Shown: positions 8,312-16,913 of the stretch, piece by piece
Layout of the letters: the number at the start of each line of letters is the position of its first letter
Numbering within the stretch: the stretch's first letter is position 1
Assembly: GCA_027043825.1 (NCBI GenBank)
Contig: JALUER010000068.1
Coordinates: 1 to 31,415 of the forward strand
Length of the DNA stretch: 31,415 bases
Reading direction: 5' to 3'
Origin: Candidatus Micrarchaeota archaeon
GTDB lineage: Archaea > Iainarchaeota > Iainarchaeia > JAADDC01
The notes under the pieces: generated by a model
What the model was told of the DNA's origin: nothing
Databases searched by the model: none
Seen by the model: the letters and a program-made list of their open reading frames with translations, nothing else
Made by a program: the position numbers and the translations under genes

Positions 8312-8445
8312 TATGTTATGTATAAATGTAAGTAGCTTTTATCCTATCATTTTTATTTTTATTTTAAAACAAAAAAGTTGAACATAGAGAAATTTATAAT
8401 AGTATTAAAACTTGTTTTCTTTTATAAATAATTTCTCCATAGAGT
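8312..8445. other. Very AT-rich intergenic tract (possible DNA-unwinding element)
   Basis: 8341-8400 has 9/60 G+C; bracketed by boxes at 8314 and 8465. Confidence 0.55.
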
Positions 8446-8573
8446 TGATGGGCCTGCGCAGGCGCGTGTTATGTATAGAAATAGGAAAAGGCCTAAACGG
8501 TGCGAGAAGGCCAAAAACGGGCCGTTTTGACGGGCATATTCTTTAAACTAATTACTACCCATAAGAACATTCC

Positions 8574-8963
8574 GTGGTCCACTACAATTTTGCATATCCA
8601 AATCACGTCATCTTCGATCTTTATGGGGTAGATCCATCTCTGGCCAACGATTTGCAGTCAATTATATCCCTGGGCCGCTCCCTTGCCCGAAAACTCAATT
8701 CTGACATCATAGGGGAGGTGTTCCACACCTTCGAGCCCCAAGGGGTGATATACGTTGCTACGCTCCTCCAGAGCCACATAGCGGTCCATACCTGGCCCGA
8801 GTTGGGCTACGTGAGCCTGGATATCTATACCTGCTCCGACGTGAGTGTGAAGGAGGTAGAAGGGGAGGTCATAGACTTCTTTAGACCGAAGAGGTACAAG
8901 ATCCAGTACCTCAACAGGGAAGTGGCGGAGTCCCCTTCTATGGATATGATTTATAAGGAATGA
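8574..8963 (+). CDS. speD: S-adenosylmethionine decarboxylase proenzyme family (class I, SpeD/SpeH-type)
   Basis: HVIFDLYG, FHTFEPQG, LQSHIAVHTWPELGYVSLDIYTC; the usual E-S cleavage dipeptide is Q-S here. Confidence 0.88.
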   Translation: MVHYNFAYPNHVIFDLYGVDPSLANDLQSIISLGRSLARKLNSDIIGEVFHTFEPQGVIYVATLLQSHIAVHTWPELGYVSLDIYTCSDVSVKEVEGEVIDFFRPKRYKIQYLNREVAESPSMDMIYKE

Positions 8964-8978
8964 ATACCTTATGGGCCC

Positions 8979-9299
8979 ATGAGGGGCCTCGTGGTGGTTG
9001 GGGTAGTGGCCATAGTAGGCTTCCTGCTCTACTCTAACCTGGTATCTGCCCAGAACAGCCCAGACGTTCTGCCCCAGAAGCCGCCCGCCGTGGTGAGCTG
9101 CACCCAGGACAGCGGAACCACCGTTGTCTTCAAGGCCAACGAGGACATAGAGAACCTGTCCATCGGAACATACTGTAGTCACGAGGAGGTTCCCGGTGGC
9201 TGGTCTGTGGTCTGTCGGGTGGGGAAGCCCGTGGACTACGTGGATGTGAGCTATACCGTGAAGGGTAACGAGAGACGAACAAGGGTGGCTTGTTCTTAA
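8979..9299 (+). CDS. Small secreted/membrane-anchored Cys-containing protein
   Basis: Signal/TM helix followed by a beta-rich domain with 4 Cys. Confidence 0.65.
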   Translation: MRGLVVVGVVAIVGFLLYSNLVSAQNSPDVLPQKPPAVVSCTQDSGTTVVFKANEDIENLSIGTYCSHEEVPGGWSVVCRVGKPVDYVDVSYTVKGNERRTRVACS

Positions 9300-9323
9300 A
9301 CATTAACACCATTAACCACTTCT

Positions 9324-9557
9324 ATGAACGATGGCAGGCGGCTCTACTGGGACGAGCAGAAGTGCATCCGTTGTGGGCTCTGTGTGGGGATATGTCCCTT
9401 TGACGCCCTCACGCTTGAGGACGGGAAGATCGTTATAGACCACGACAAGTGTACCCTCTGTACTCTCTGTGTTAAAGGATGCCCGGTTGCGGCCCTCATG
9501 ATCAGGCCTCAGCTGGAAGAAATAGCACGGGAAAGGGGTGTTGCTCTTGAGGCGTGA
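9324..9557 (+). CDS. 2[4Fe-4S] ferredoxin
   Basis: CIRCGLCVGICP and CTLCTLCVKGCP. Confidence 0.93.
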   Translation: MNDGRRLYWDEQKCIRCGLCVGICPFDALTLEDGKIVIDHDKCTLCTLCVKGCPVAALMIRPQLEEIARERGVALEA

Positions 9558-10737
9558 TTGGGACGTTGTTGTGGTTGGAGGAGGACCTGGCGGTCTCTGG
9601 TTCGCCAAGAACGCCGCCGAAAAGGGCCTCAAGGTCCTCGTGCTCGAACGGAAGAAGGAGATTGGGACCCCCGTCCAGTGTGCTGAGGGGTTCGGCAAGG
9701 AAGGCCTCAAGGAACTGGGTATAGAGCCTGATGTCCGCTGGAGCGGTTGGGAGGTCCACGGGGCAAAGGTCTACGCCCCCAACGGCAAGTACGTTGAGGT
9801 GAAGGGCGAGGGCTACGTCATAGAGAGAAAGATCTTCGAGAAAGAACTGGCAAAAATGGCCACCCGGGCCGGTGCCACCGTCCTGGCCTTCCACGAGGTC
9901 TACGACATAATAAAGGAGGATGGCAAGGTATCCGGCGTGAAGGCGAGGTTCATAGGTGAGGACAAGGAGTTCAGGGCCAACATTGTTGTAGCCGCCGACG
10001 GTTTCGAGTCCAAGATAGCCCGGAAAGCCGGCCTCAAGACCTTCCAGCAGGCCTATCACGCCGACTCGGGCTTCGAGTACCAGATGGTGGGCATCGACAT
10101 CGACGCGGATAACATCCACCTCTTCTTCGGAACTGAGATCGCCCCCAGGGGCTACGTCTGGATCTTCCCCACCGACAAGGACGCCGCCAACGTGGGCATC
10201 GGTATCGACGCCCGGGAGGAGAAGACGGCCAAGTGGTACTTGGATAAATGGATAGAGGAGCACAAGGACGAGTACGGCTTTGAGGACGCCAGCATCATCG
10301 AGGTCCGCGGCGGGGGCATTCCCGTGGGCGGTCTTCTGAAAGATATGGTAACGGACGGCCTCATGGTGGTGGGTGACGCGGCCCACCAGGTCCACCCCCT
10401 CCACGGGGGAGGTATGTTCCTTGCCATGGAGGCCGGGGCCATCGCCGCCGAGGTGGCAGCCATAGCCCATGAGAAGGAGGACTTCTCCAAGGACACCCTC
10501 TCCCTCTACAACAAGCTCTGGTGGGAGAGGAGGGGCAACCAACTCCAGAGACTTGTCAAGATCCGCCAGATGTTCGAGAAGCTCACCGACGACGACTTCA
10601 ACTTCCTGGCAGAGATCCTCACCCCGGAGGATATTCTAGCGATTTCCGAGGGACACTGGGAGGCCATGAAGACCATAGCGAAGAAGGTGGTCAAGCATCC
10701 ACGGTTAGCTGCCCTCTTCGCCAAGATGCTGACCTAA
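9538..10737 (+). CDS. Digeranylgeranylglycerophospholipid reductase (geranylgeranyl reductase family)
   Basis: DVVVVGGGPGG FAD motif, PVQCAEG, VVAADG, PRGYVWIFP (PxxYxWxFP), VGDAA, GGGM; adjacent ferredoxin. Exact start uncertain. Confidence 0.9.
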   Translation: MLLLRRDWDVVVVGGGPGGLWFAKNAAEKGLKVLVLERKKEIGTPVQCAEGFGKEGLKELGIEPDVRWSGWEVHGAKVYAPNGKYVEVKGEGYVIERKIFEKELAKMATRAGATVLAFHEVYDIIKEDGKVSGVKARFIGEDKEFRANIVVAADGFESKIARKAGLKTFQQAYHADSGFEYQMVGIDIDADNIHLFFGTEIAPRGYVWIFPTDKDAANVGIGIDAREEKTAKWYLDKWIEEHKDEYGFEDASIIEVRGGGIPVGGLLKDMVTDGLMVVGDAAHQVHPLHGGGMFLAMEAGAIAAEVAAIAHEKEDFSKDTLSLYNKLWWERRGNQLQRLVKIRQMFEKLTDDDFNFLAEILTPEDILAISEGHWEAMKTIAKKVVKHPRLAALFAKMLT

Positions 10738-10768
10738 TCTTTTACCCCTTTTTATCCTATCTTTTTCC

Positions 10769-12184
10769 GTGAAGGGCTTAGCGTCCGTCGTTTCCTTCGT
10801 GGTCCTGATGCTCCTCCTCGTCTCGGCCGTCACAGTCTTCTTCACCTACACCGTCGGGAGCTCCATCATACAGGAGAAGGCATCGGTACGACAAGAGACC
10901 CTTCAGAAGGCATCCACGGACTATCTGCGCATCGATGGGGCCTCCTGGGACGGAAACTACCTCACCGTTAACTTCACGGCCCTCGTGGGACCAGTCGAGC
11001 TGGACAGGGTAGCCCTCTTCGTCAACCACGTGTTCGCGGGCTACTGCTCGGACTTGAATTGTACGGATCAGACAGGGAACGGTTTCCTCGTTGAAGGGGA
11101 GAGCGGGGAAATAAACATCCCCTACGGGGGTCCCTGTGCCGTTACCGTCACCCTCTCCTACCTGGGCTCCACCGCCTCCTCTTCCTACGACCTCTGTGTC
11201 TGGACGTGCCGGAGGAAGATCACCATCTCCTCCTCCTTCTCGGACACCAACTACCCCGTCCGCATCCACCTCACCTCCACGAACTTCGACTTTACCAAAA
11301 CGGACGGTACCGACCTCCGCTTTTACACCGAAACGAATACGAAGCTCCCCTACTGGGTGGAGTACTGGACGAGTGGAGACGCCGTGGTCTGGGTAAAAAC
11401 AGACGTCGTTTCCGGGGACACCAACATCTACATGTACTACTGCAACCCCGGGGCAACCTCCGAGTCCAACGGCTACAACGTCTTTACCTGGTTCAGCTTC
11501 GACGACACGAACCTCCTGGCCGTCTTCCACTTTGACGAGGGGAGTGGCACGGTGACCTACGATGCAACGGGAAGGTACAGCGGAACCCTCTTCGGGGACG
11601 CGAGCTTTACCACCGGCGTCTTTGGCTACGGTGTAACCCTCGACGGGAGCGGGGACTACGTGGAGACCGACTACAACTTGGACCTGAACGAGTTCACCTA
11701 CCTGCTCTGGATCGACCCCCGCCTACAAAACGCCGGTACCTACCCCAAGCCCCTCTACGACGGGAATTGGAGCAGGGTGATAGGCCTGAACGATGCCAAC
11801 TCCGTCTTCATTCAGTTCGGGGCCACGGCGGTCTACGACGGCACCCTCTCCGGATGGTCTGCCCTCGTGGCGAGGGTCTCCTATCTCTCCGGAACCCAGG
11901 AGCTCTTCGTTAACGGATCCCTCGCCGCAAGCGGAACAGCCTCCCACACCAACAAGGACGTTAACCTCTTCTTCGGCTCCGAGGGAGGTTTTGGTAACGA
12001 CTTCAATGGTATAATAGATGAAGCCGTCCTATACGGCCGGCTCCTTACTGACGAAGAGATCAACGCCCTCTCCCACGGATACTTCGATCACTTAACCAGC
12101 GTCTGGGTGGTGAGGAAGAGGAAAGACCCCGAACCCTCTGTTACCATCGGGCCCGAGGAGACGGGCTCCTGGAAGCTCACTTAA
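10769..12184 (+). CDS. Pilin-like adhesin: class III signal + DUF2341 with an inserted LamG/concanavalin A-like domain
   Basis: MKG/LASVVSFVVLM; WTCRRKITI...DGTDLRFY...LPYWVE...IYMYY..P.ATSESNG; FHFDEGSG...LDGSGDYV...FNGIIDEAVLY; C-terminal VRKRKDPEPSV. Confidence 0.85.
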   Translation: MKGLASVVSFVVLMLLLVSAVTVFFTYTVGSSIIQEKASVRQETLQKASTDYLRIDGASWDGNYLTVNFTALVGPVELDRVALFVNHVFAGYCSDLNCTDQTGNGFLVEGESGEINIPYGGPCAVTVTLSYLGSTASSSYDLCVWTCRRKITISSSFSDTNYPVRIHLTSTNFDFTKTDGTDLRFYTETNTKLPYWVEYWTSGDAVVWVKTDVVSGDTNIYMYYCNPGATSESNGYNVFTWFSFDDTNLLAVFHFDEGSGTVTYDATGRYSGTLFGDASFTTGVFGYGVTLDGSGDYVETDYNLDLNEFTYLLWIDPRLQNAGTYPKPLYDGNWSRVIGLNDANSVFIQFGATAVYDGTLSGWSALVARVSYLSGTQELFVNGSLAASGTASHTNKDVNLFFGSEGGFGNDFNGIIDEAVLYGRLLTDEEINALSHGYFDHLTSVWVVRKRKDPEPSVTIGPEETGSWKLT

Positions 12185-12207
12185 AACCTCCCCACCAACA
12201 TCTTTCC

Positions 12208-12666
12208 GTGAAGGGGTTCAGCGTGGCCATGAGCCACATCATATTCTTCATCGCCACACTCATAGCGGTGGCCATAGCGGTGTCGGCCATCTCCGTCGCC
12301 TTGAAAGGGCTCTCCTACTCCATGGCAAAGAAGACCCAAGTTTCTGCAAATCAGGTGTCCACGGTGATAAAGATCGTGGAGGGAGACGCCAATATCGACC
12401 AGAATCTCCTCTGGGTCTACGTCCAGAACTTGGGGGAGACCTCCCTCGACGTGAACAGTACAGACGTCTTCGTGAACGGCAAGTTCGTGGGCTCCTGTAA
12501 CTCCACGGACGTGACCTGCGTCGATACCTCAGGGAACTACGTCCTCTCCCCTGACGAGATCATGGAGGTGGACATAAATTACCCCTCCCTTGTCGCAGGA
12601 TCCTACCGGGTGCGGGTGGTGACCCAGTACGGCGTTTACGCCGACTACACGGTGGTGGTGGGGTGA
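12208..12666 (+). CDS. FlaG/ArlG-like pilin-family protein
   Basis: MKG/FSVAMSHIIFFIATL; YVQNLGETSL; LSPDE; GSYRVRVVTQYG. Confidence 0.75.
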   Translation: MKGFSVAMSHIIFFIATLIAVAIAVSAISVALKGLSYSMAKKTQVSANQVSTVIKIVEGDANIDQNLLWVYVQNLGETSLDVNSTDVFVNGKFVGSCNSTDVTCVDTSGNYVLSPDEIMEVDINYPSLVAGSYRVRVVTQYGVYADYTVVVG

Positions 12667-13064
12667 TCTCCCAGGAGGCAATCATCATATTCGTGGCCAC
12701 CCTCCTGGTGGCGGCCCTCGTCATCTCGGCCCTCTACACCCAGGTCCAGGACGCCGCCAACCGGGCCGGCTCGGTGGGCGTCCAGGTCCAGGGAAGCGTC
12801 TCCAAGGACTATGTCATCGTGTCTGTGGAAGGGAATTACATATACGTGAGGGGTATCTCAGGCGAGCTCAACGTGGCCGGCGCGAGCATCCTCCTCAACG
12901 GCATCCCCCAGACCTACACCTATACCTTCCTGAGGGACAGGGGCTCTAACAACCTCCTTGACCCCAACGACCTTGTCCTCTTCCAGATCGGGGCGGAGGT
13001 GAACGACGGCGACTGCCTCCTCATAGACATAGACGGGGTTTCCACGCCCTGGGGTGGTTGTTAA
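12663..13064 (+). CDS. FlaG-like pilin-family protein
   Basis: SQEAIIIFVATLLVAALV; LDPNDLV; 4-nt overlap with the upstream gene. Confidence 0.65.
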   Translation: MISQEAIIIFVATLLVAALVISALYTQVQDAANRAGSVGVQVQGSVSKDYVIVSVEGNYIYVRGISGELNVAGASILLNGIPQTYTYTFLRDRGSNNLLDPNDLVLFQIGAEVNDGDCLLIDIDGVSTPWGGC

Positions 13065-13405
13065 TAGACCCTTATGACGTTGCAGTTCTCGTCCACTTCC
13101 ACGAAGTGGGTGGCTATTCCCTTCCTGAAGGCCTCGCACTGGTTCTGGGGGTCGTTGTCAACGGGGAGCCTCGGCCAGTGGGCCACGTCGCATACCCAGC
13201 CCGGCGCCACGTTGTTGGAGAGACAGGGGCCGTTGGAAAGGTCCAATCCCTTCTCCTTTGCTTTCTGGCAGAGCTCCACGCAGTTCTTGATGGCTATGGA
13301 CGAGCCGGTCTTCTCTGCCACGGACTTCACCGACAGAACCACGAAGAGAACCGCCGCTATGAAGACGATGAGCATCCCAATGATCCACGGGTTCACTCCC
13401 TTCAT
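13061..13405 (-). CDS. Membrane-anchored Cys-rich (6 Cys) hypothetical protein
   Basis: MKG followed by a hydrophobic helix; CVELC, DLSNGPCL, WVCDVAH.PR, NQC, HFVEVDENC. Confidence 0.75.
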   Translation of the reverse strand: MKGVNPWIIGMLIVFIAAVLFVVLSVKSVAEKTGSSIAIKNCVELCQKAKEKGLDLSNGPCLSNNVAPGWVCDVAHWPRLPVDNDPQNQCEAFRKGIATHFVEVDENCNVIRVY

Positions 13406-13420
13406 ACTAATATTTTTTCC

Positions 13421-15829
13421 CTACACCTTAATCAGCTTTGCCAGGAGGTAGACGACGAGGGCTATGAGGAGGATCTCCAGGAGGTCAGTCCAGGTGGGTG
13501 GGGCCACCGAGAAGACCCCAGAGAGCGGGGGAAGGAAGAGAACCCCCACCACGAGGAAGGAGAGGAGTACTGAAAACACGAGGAACCTGTTTGTCCACAC
13601 GGGCTCCTTCCTAACGGTCTGTAGCCTTGTAAACTCCAGGAGGACGAAGCCCACCAGGACGGAGCCCCAGGCAGCCTCCATTCCCCCCTCCTCTCCCGCG
13701 AGGAAGGCCCCGAGGATGCCTGCCCCTATGAGCAGGCCCATCAGACCAATTCCAAGTGACAACTCCTTTCCCGAGAAGAGGGGTTCCCCCCTCCGCCTGG
13801 GAGGCCTTTTCATGACGTCCTCCTCTGGCGGATCCAGGGCAAGGGCCACCGCCGGCGCCCCGTCCGTTACTATATTTAGGAGCAGGAGGTGGGCGGGCTT
13901 GAGGAGGAGTTTTCCGAGGAGCGATGCCGAGAAGACGGCCACCACCTCACCCGTGTTTGCCGACAGGAGGTACATCACGAACTTCTTTATGTTGTCAAAG
14001 ATCCTCCTCCCTTCCTTCACCGCCTCGACGATGGCGGCATAGTTGTTGTCCAGGAGGACGATGTCAGAGACCTCCTTTGCCACGTCGGTTCCGCTACCGA
14101 GGGCGATTCCCACGTCTGCCGCCTTCAGCGCCGGGGCGTCATTCACTCCGTCCCCGGTCATGGCCACCACGTGCCCCCTCCTCTGGAGGGCCCTCACGAT
14201 CCTGAGCTTGTGATGGGGATCCACCCGGGCAAAGACCCCCACCTCCTCGATCACCTCCTCCAGCTCCTCGTCACTCATCTCCTCCAACTCCTTTCCTGTA
14301 ATGACCCTTCCCTCTATGCCCACCATCCTGGCAACTGCCAGGGCGGTCTTTCTGTGGTCTCCCGTGATCATTATTGTCCTTATACCTGCCTCCTTTGCCA
14401 CCCTCAGGGCCTCGATCACCTCCTTTCTGGGCGGGTCGAGGAGTCCCACCACTCCTGCAAGCCTGTATGTAGGCTCTTCAGGCCTCCCGTCGTCCTCCTT
14501 GTAGGCAAGGGCTATTACCCTCAGTCCCCTCTCAGCCATCTCCTCGGCCCTTTCCAGGAAGGGCTCCCCTACCAGCTCCCCTATGACCTCTGGGGCACCC
14601 TTCGTCAGGATGTACCGCTTCCCGTGGAGCTCCACCACCACCGTCATCATCTTCCTCTCGGAGGAGAAGGGGATCTCCGAGAGCCTCTTACACTCCACGT
14701 CACCGGCGAACTCCTTCAGGGCAAGCTCCATGGGATCCCCGGTTCCTGAACGGAGGTCCGCGTTGTTACAACAGGACGCCACGACCTTCAACCATTCCTC
14801 GTCTCCCCACCACTCCACTACCTTCATCCTGTTCTGGGTGATGGTCCCCGTCTTGTCCGTGCAGATCGCGTCCACGGATCCCAAAACCTCAACGCTCTTG
14901 AGCCTCCTCACCAGGGCGTTCTTCCTCGCCATCTGGAGGACCCCCAGCGAGAGAGCTAAGGTTATGACCACAGGCAGTCCCTCGGGCACCGCTGCCACCG
15001 CCAGGGCTATGCCCACCGAGACTGCCTCCAGTAGATCCAGGCCCCTCAGGACGTAGACCACCACCACGGTGAGGGCCACCCCCAGGGTTATTTTACCTAT
15101 CAGGGAAGAGAGCTTTTCCATTTCCTCCTCGAAGACGGTCTTTTCCTCCTTTATCTCCCCCAAACTCTCCGCTATCCTCCCCATCTCCGTCTCCTTGCCC
15201 GTGGCGTAGACGACGGCCTTGCCCCTCCCCCTCACCACGGTGGTCCCCAGGTAAACCACGTTTTTCCTGTCCGCCACGCCGGCGTCCCCCACCCAGGCGG
15301 CGTCCTTCTCCACGGGCACCGACTCGCCGGTCAGAAGGGACTCGTCCACCATCAGGTCCCTACTTTCCAACAGCCTGGCGTCGGCCGGTACCCTGTCCCC
15401 CTCCTCCAGGAGGATGATGTCCCCGGGGACGAGGAGCTCCGCATCAATTATTTTCACTTCCCCATCCCTCACCACCCTCGCGGTGGGCTTTAACATGGAC
15501 CGGAGCTTCTCCAGGGCGTCCTCCGCCTTGTACTCCTGGACGAAGCCTATGGCCCCGTTCACGAGGAGAATGGCCACTATTAGCGCCGCGTCGACTGTCT
15601 CGCCCACGAAGAAGGAGATCAGGGCAGCGCCGAAGAGGAGCAGTACGAGGGGGTCCTTGAACTGATCCACGACCATCGATACGATGCTCCTTCTCCTCTT
15701 CCTCTCTAAGGCGTTCCTCCCAAACCTCTCTAACCTCTCCTCCGCCTCTTTCTCCGACAGGCCCCTCTCCGCGTCGGAGCCAAGGGCCGCGACGACCTCC
15801 CCGGCCTCCATCTTCCAGGCTTCCAGCAC
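13421..15829 (-). CDS. P-type ATPase, type IIA (SERCA-like Ca2+ pump), compact 802 aa
   Basis: LTGES, VPEGL, DKTGT, KGAPE, MITGD, GDGVNDAPAL, SANTGE, NIVTDG. Confidence 0.95.
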   Translation of the reverse strand: MLEAWKMEAGEVVAALGSDAERGLSEKEAEERLERFGRNALERKRRRSIVSMVVDQFKDPLVLLLFGAALISFFVGETVDAALIVAILLVNGAIGFVQEYKAEDALEKLRSMLKPTARVVRDGEVKIIDAELLVPGDIILLEEGDRVPADARLLESRDLMVDESLLTGESVPVEKDAAWVGDAGVADRKNVVYLGTTVVRGRGKAVVYATGKETEMGRIAESLGEIKEEKTVFEEEMEKLSSLIGKITLGVALTVVVVYVLRGLDLLEAVSVGIALAVAAVPEGLPVVITLALSLGVLQMARKNALVRRLKSVEVLGSVDAICTDKTGTITQNRMKVVEWWGDEEWLKVVASCCNNADLRSGTGDPMELALKEFAGDVECKRLSEIPFSSERKMMTVVVELHGKRYILTKGAPEVIGELVGEPFLERAEEMAERGLRVIALAYKEDDGRPEEPTYRLAGVVGLLDPPRKEVIEALRVAKEAGIRTIMITGDHRKTALAVARMVGIEGRVITGKELEEMSDEELEEVIEEVGVFARVDPHHKLRIVRALQRRGHVVAMTGDGVNDAPALKAADVGIALGSGTDVAKEVSDIVLLDNNYAAIVEAVKEGRRIFDNIKKFVMYLLSANTGEVVAVFSASLLGKLLLKPAHLLLLNIVTDGAPAVALALDPPEEDVMKRPPRRRGEPLFSGKELSLGIGLMGLLIGAGILGAFLAGEEGGMEAAWGSVLVGFVLLEFTRLQTVRKEPVWTNRFLVFSVLLSFLVVGVLFLPPLSGVFSVAPPTWTDLLEILLIALVVYLLAKLIKV

Positions 15830-15862
15830 GGGTTATTAAGGATATTCCACCCCTTTAAACCT

Positions 15863-16855
15863 GTGGCGATCCGGCTACCACCCAGGGTGGGGGATCAGCT
15901 GAAGAACGCCGGCTACGGAGTATACAACCACTCGGCCGTGGAGATCTGTGGCTGGACGAAGAAGGCCATCCGGGGAGAGGGAGCCTGCTACAAGAACAAG
16001 TTCTACGGCATAGACACCCACAGGTGCATGCAGATTACCCAGGCAGTGGCCTGGTGCACGAACCGTTGTGTATACTGCTGGAGGCCCATGGAGTTCTTCG
16101 TGGGGACGAGGCTGGAGGGGGAGGTGGACCCGCCTGACGTGACGTTGGAGAAGCTGAAGGAGCTGAGAAAGAAGCTGCTGTCCGGCTTCGGTGGAGACCC
16201 GAGAGTGGACAAAAAAGTGTATCAGGAGGCCCTGGAGCCCTCCCACGTCACCTTCTCTCTCATGGGGGAGCCCCTCCTCTACCCCTACGTCCCCGAGTCC
16301 ATCGAGTACATAAAGAAGAACTGGCCCTCGGTGCGGTCCATCTTCGTGGTGACCAACGGGATGGTTCCCGAGGAGATAGAGCGGATGATAAGGGAGGAGA
16401 AGCTCCCCACCCAGATATACGTCTCCTTCACGGCCCCTGACAGGGAGACCTACCGGAAGGTGAGCCGGCCGGTGCTTCCTGACTACTGGGACAGGTTCCT
16501 GAGAACCCTCGACCTCCTCCACGATGCGCCGGTGAGGAAGGTGGCCAGGATCACCCTCATCCGGGGCTGGAACGACTTTGGGTACAAGGGCTACGCCGAA
16601 CTCATCGAGCGGATGAACCCCCACTTCGTGGAGGTAAAGGCCTACATGTACATAGGCGCCTCCCGGAAGCGGCTCCTGGAGTGGAACATGCCGGGCCACG
16701 ACTACGTCAAGAAGTTCGCCCTCGAGCTCCTGGAAAACCTACCGGGCTACGAGTACATGGACGAGTTCCCACCTTCCCGGGCGGTGGTCCTCAAGAACCG
16801 TCGGCCCGGCATGGACATAGACCCCGTCATCCGCTCCGTGGAGCCCAACGTTTGA
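15863..16855 (+). CDS. taw1: 4-demethylwyosine synthase (radical SAM)
   Basis: HSAVEICGWTKKA, CYKNKFYGIDTHRCMQ, CTNRCVYCWRP, SLMGEP, EVKAYM.G.S. Confidence 0.95.
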   Translation: MAIRLPPRVGDQLKNAGYGVYNHSAVEICGWTKKAIRGEGACYKNKFYGIDTHRCMQITQAVAWCTNRCVYCWRPMEFFVGTRLEGEVDPPDVTLEKLKELRKKLLSGFGGDPRVDKKVYQEALEPSHVTFSLMGEPLLYPYVPESIEYIKKNWPSVRSIFVVTNGMVPEEIERMIREEKLPTQIYVSFTAPDRETYRKVSRPVLPDYWDRFLRTLDLLHDAPVRKVARITLIRGWNDFGYKGYAELIERMNPHFVEVKAYMYIGASRKRLLEWNMPGHDYVKKFALELLENLPGYEYMDEFPPSRAVVLKNRRPGMDIDPVIRSVEPNV

Positions 16856-16913
16856 AGGCTTTTATACAGTGGAACCGTATAACAATTTAAATATACTCAT
16901 ACAGTATCAGTGT

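Larger units (their letters stand above)
7136..8477. repeat. Dispersed TTATACATAA/TTATGTATA box family
   Basis: Tandem TTATACATAA at 7136-7145 and 7146-7155; TATACATAACACG at 7607-7619; inverted TGTTATGTATA at 8314-8324 and CGTGTTATGTATA at 8465-8477 (exact reverse complement of 7607-7619); partial TATGTTATGTA at 6736-6746. Confidence 0.8.

Noticed and set aside
7130-8480. Xer/dif-like interpretation of the TTATGTATAA box
   Set aside because: It resembles a Xer arm, but no copy has an opposing ATAA arm across a 6-bp spacer.
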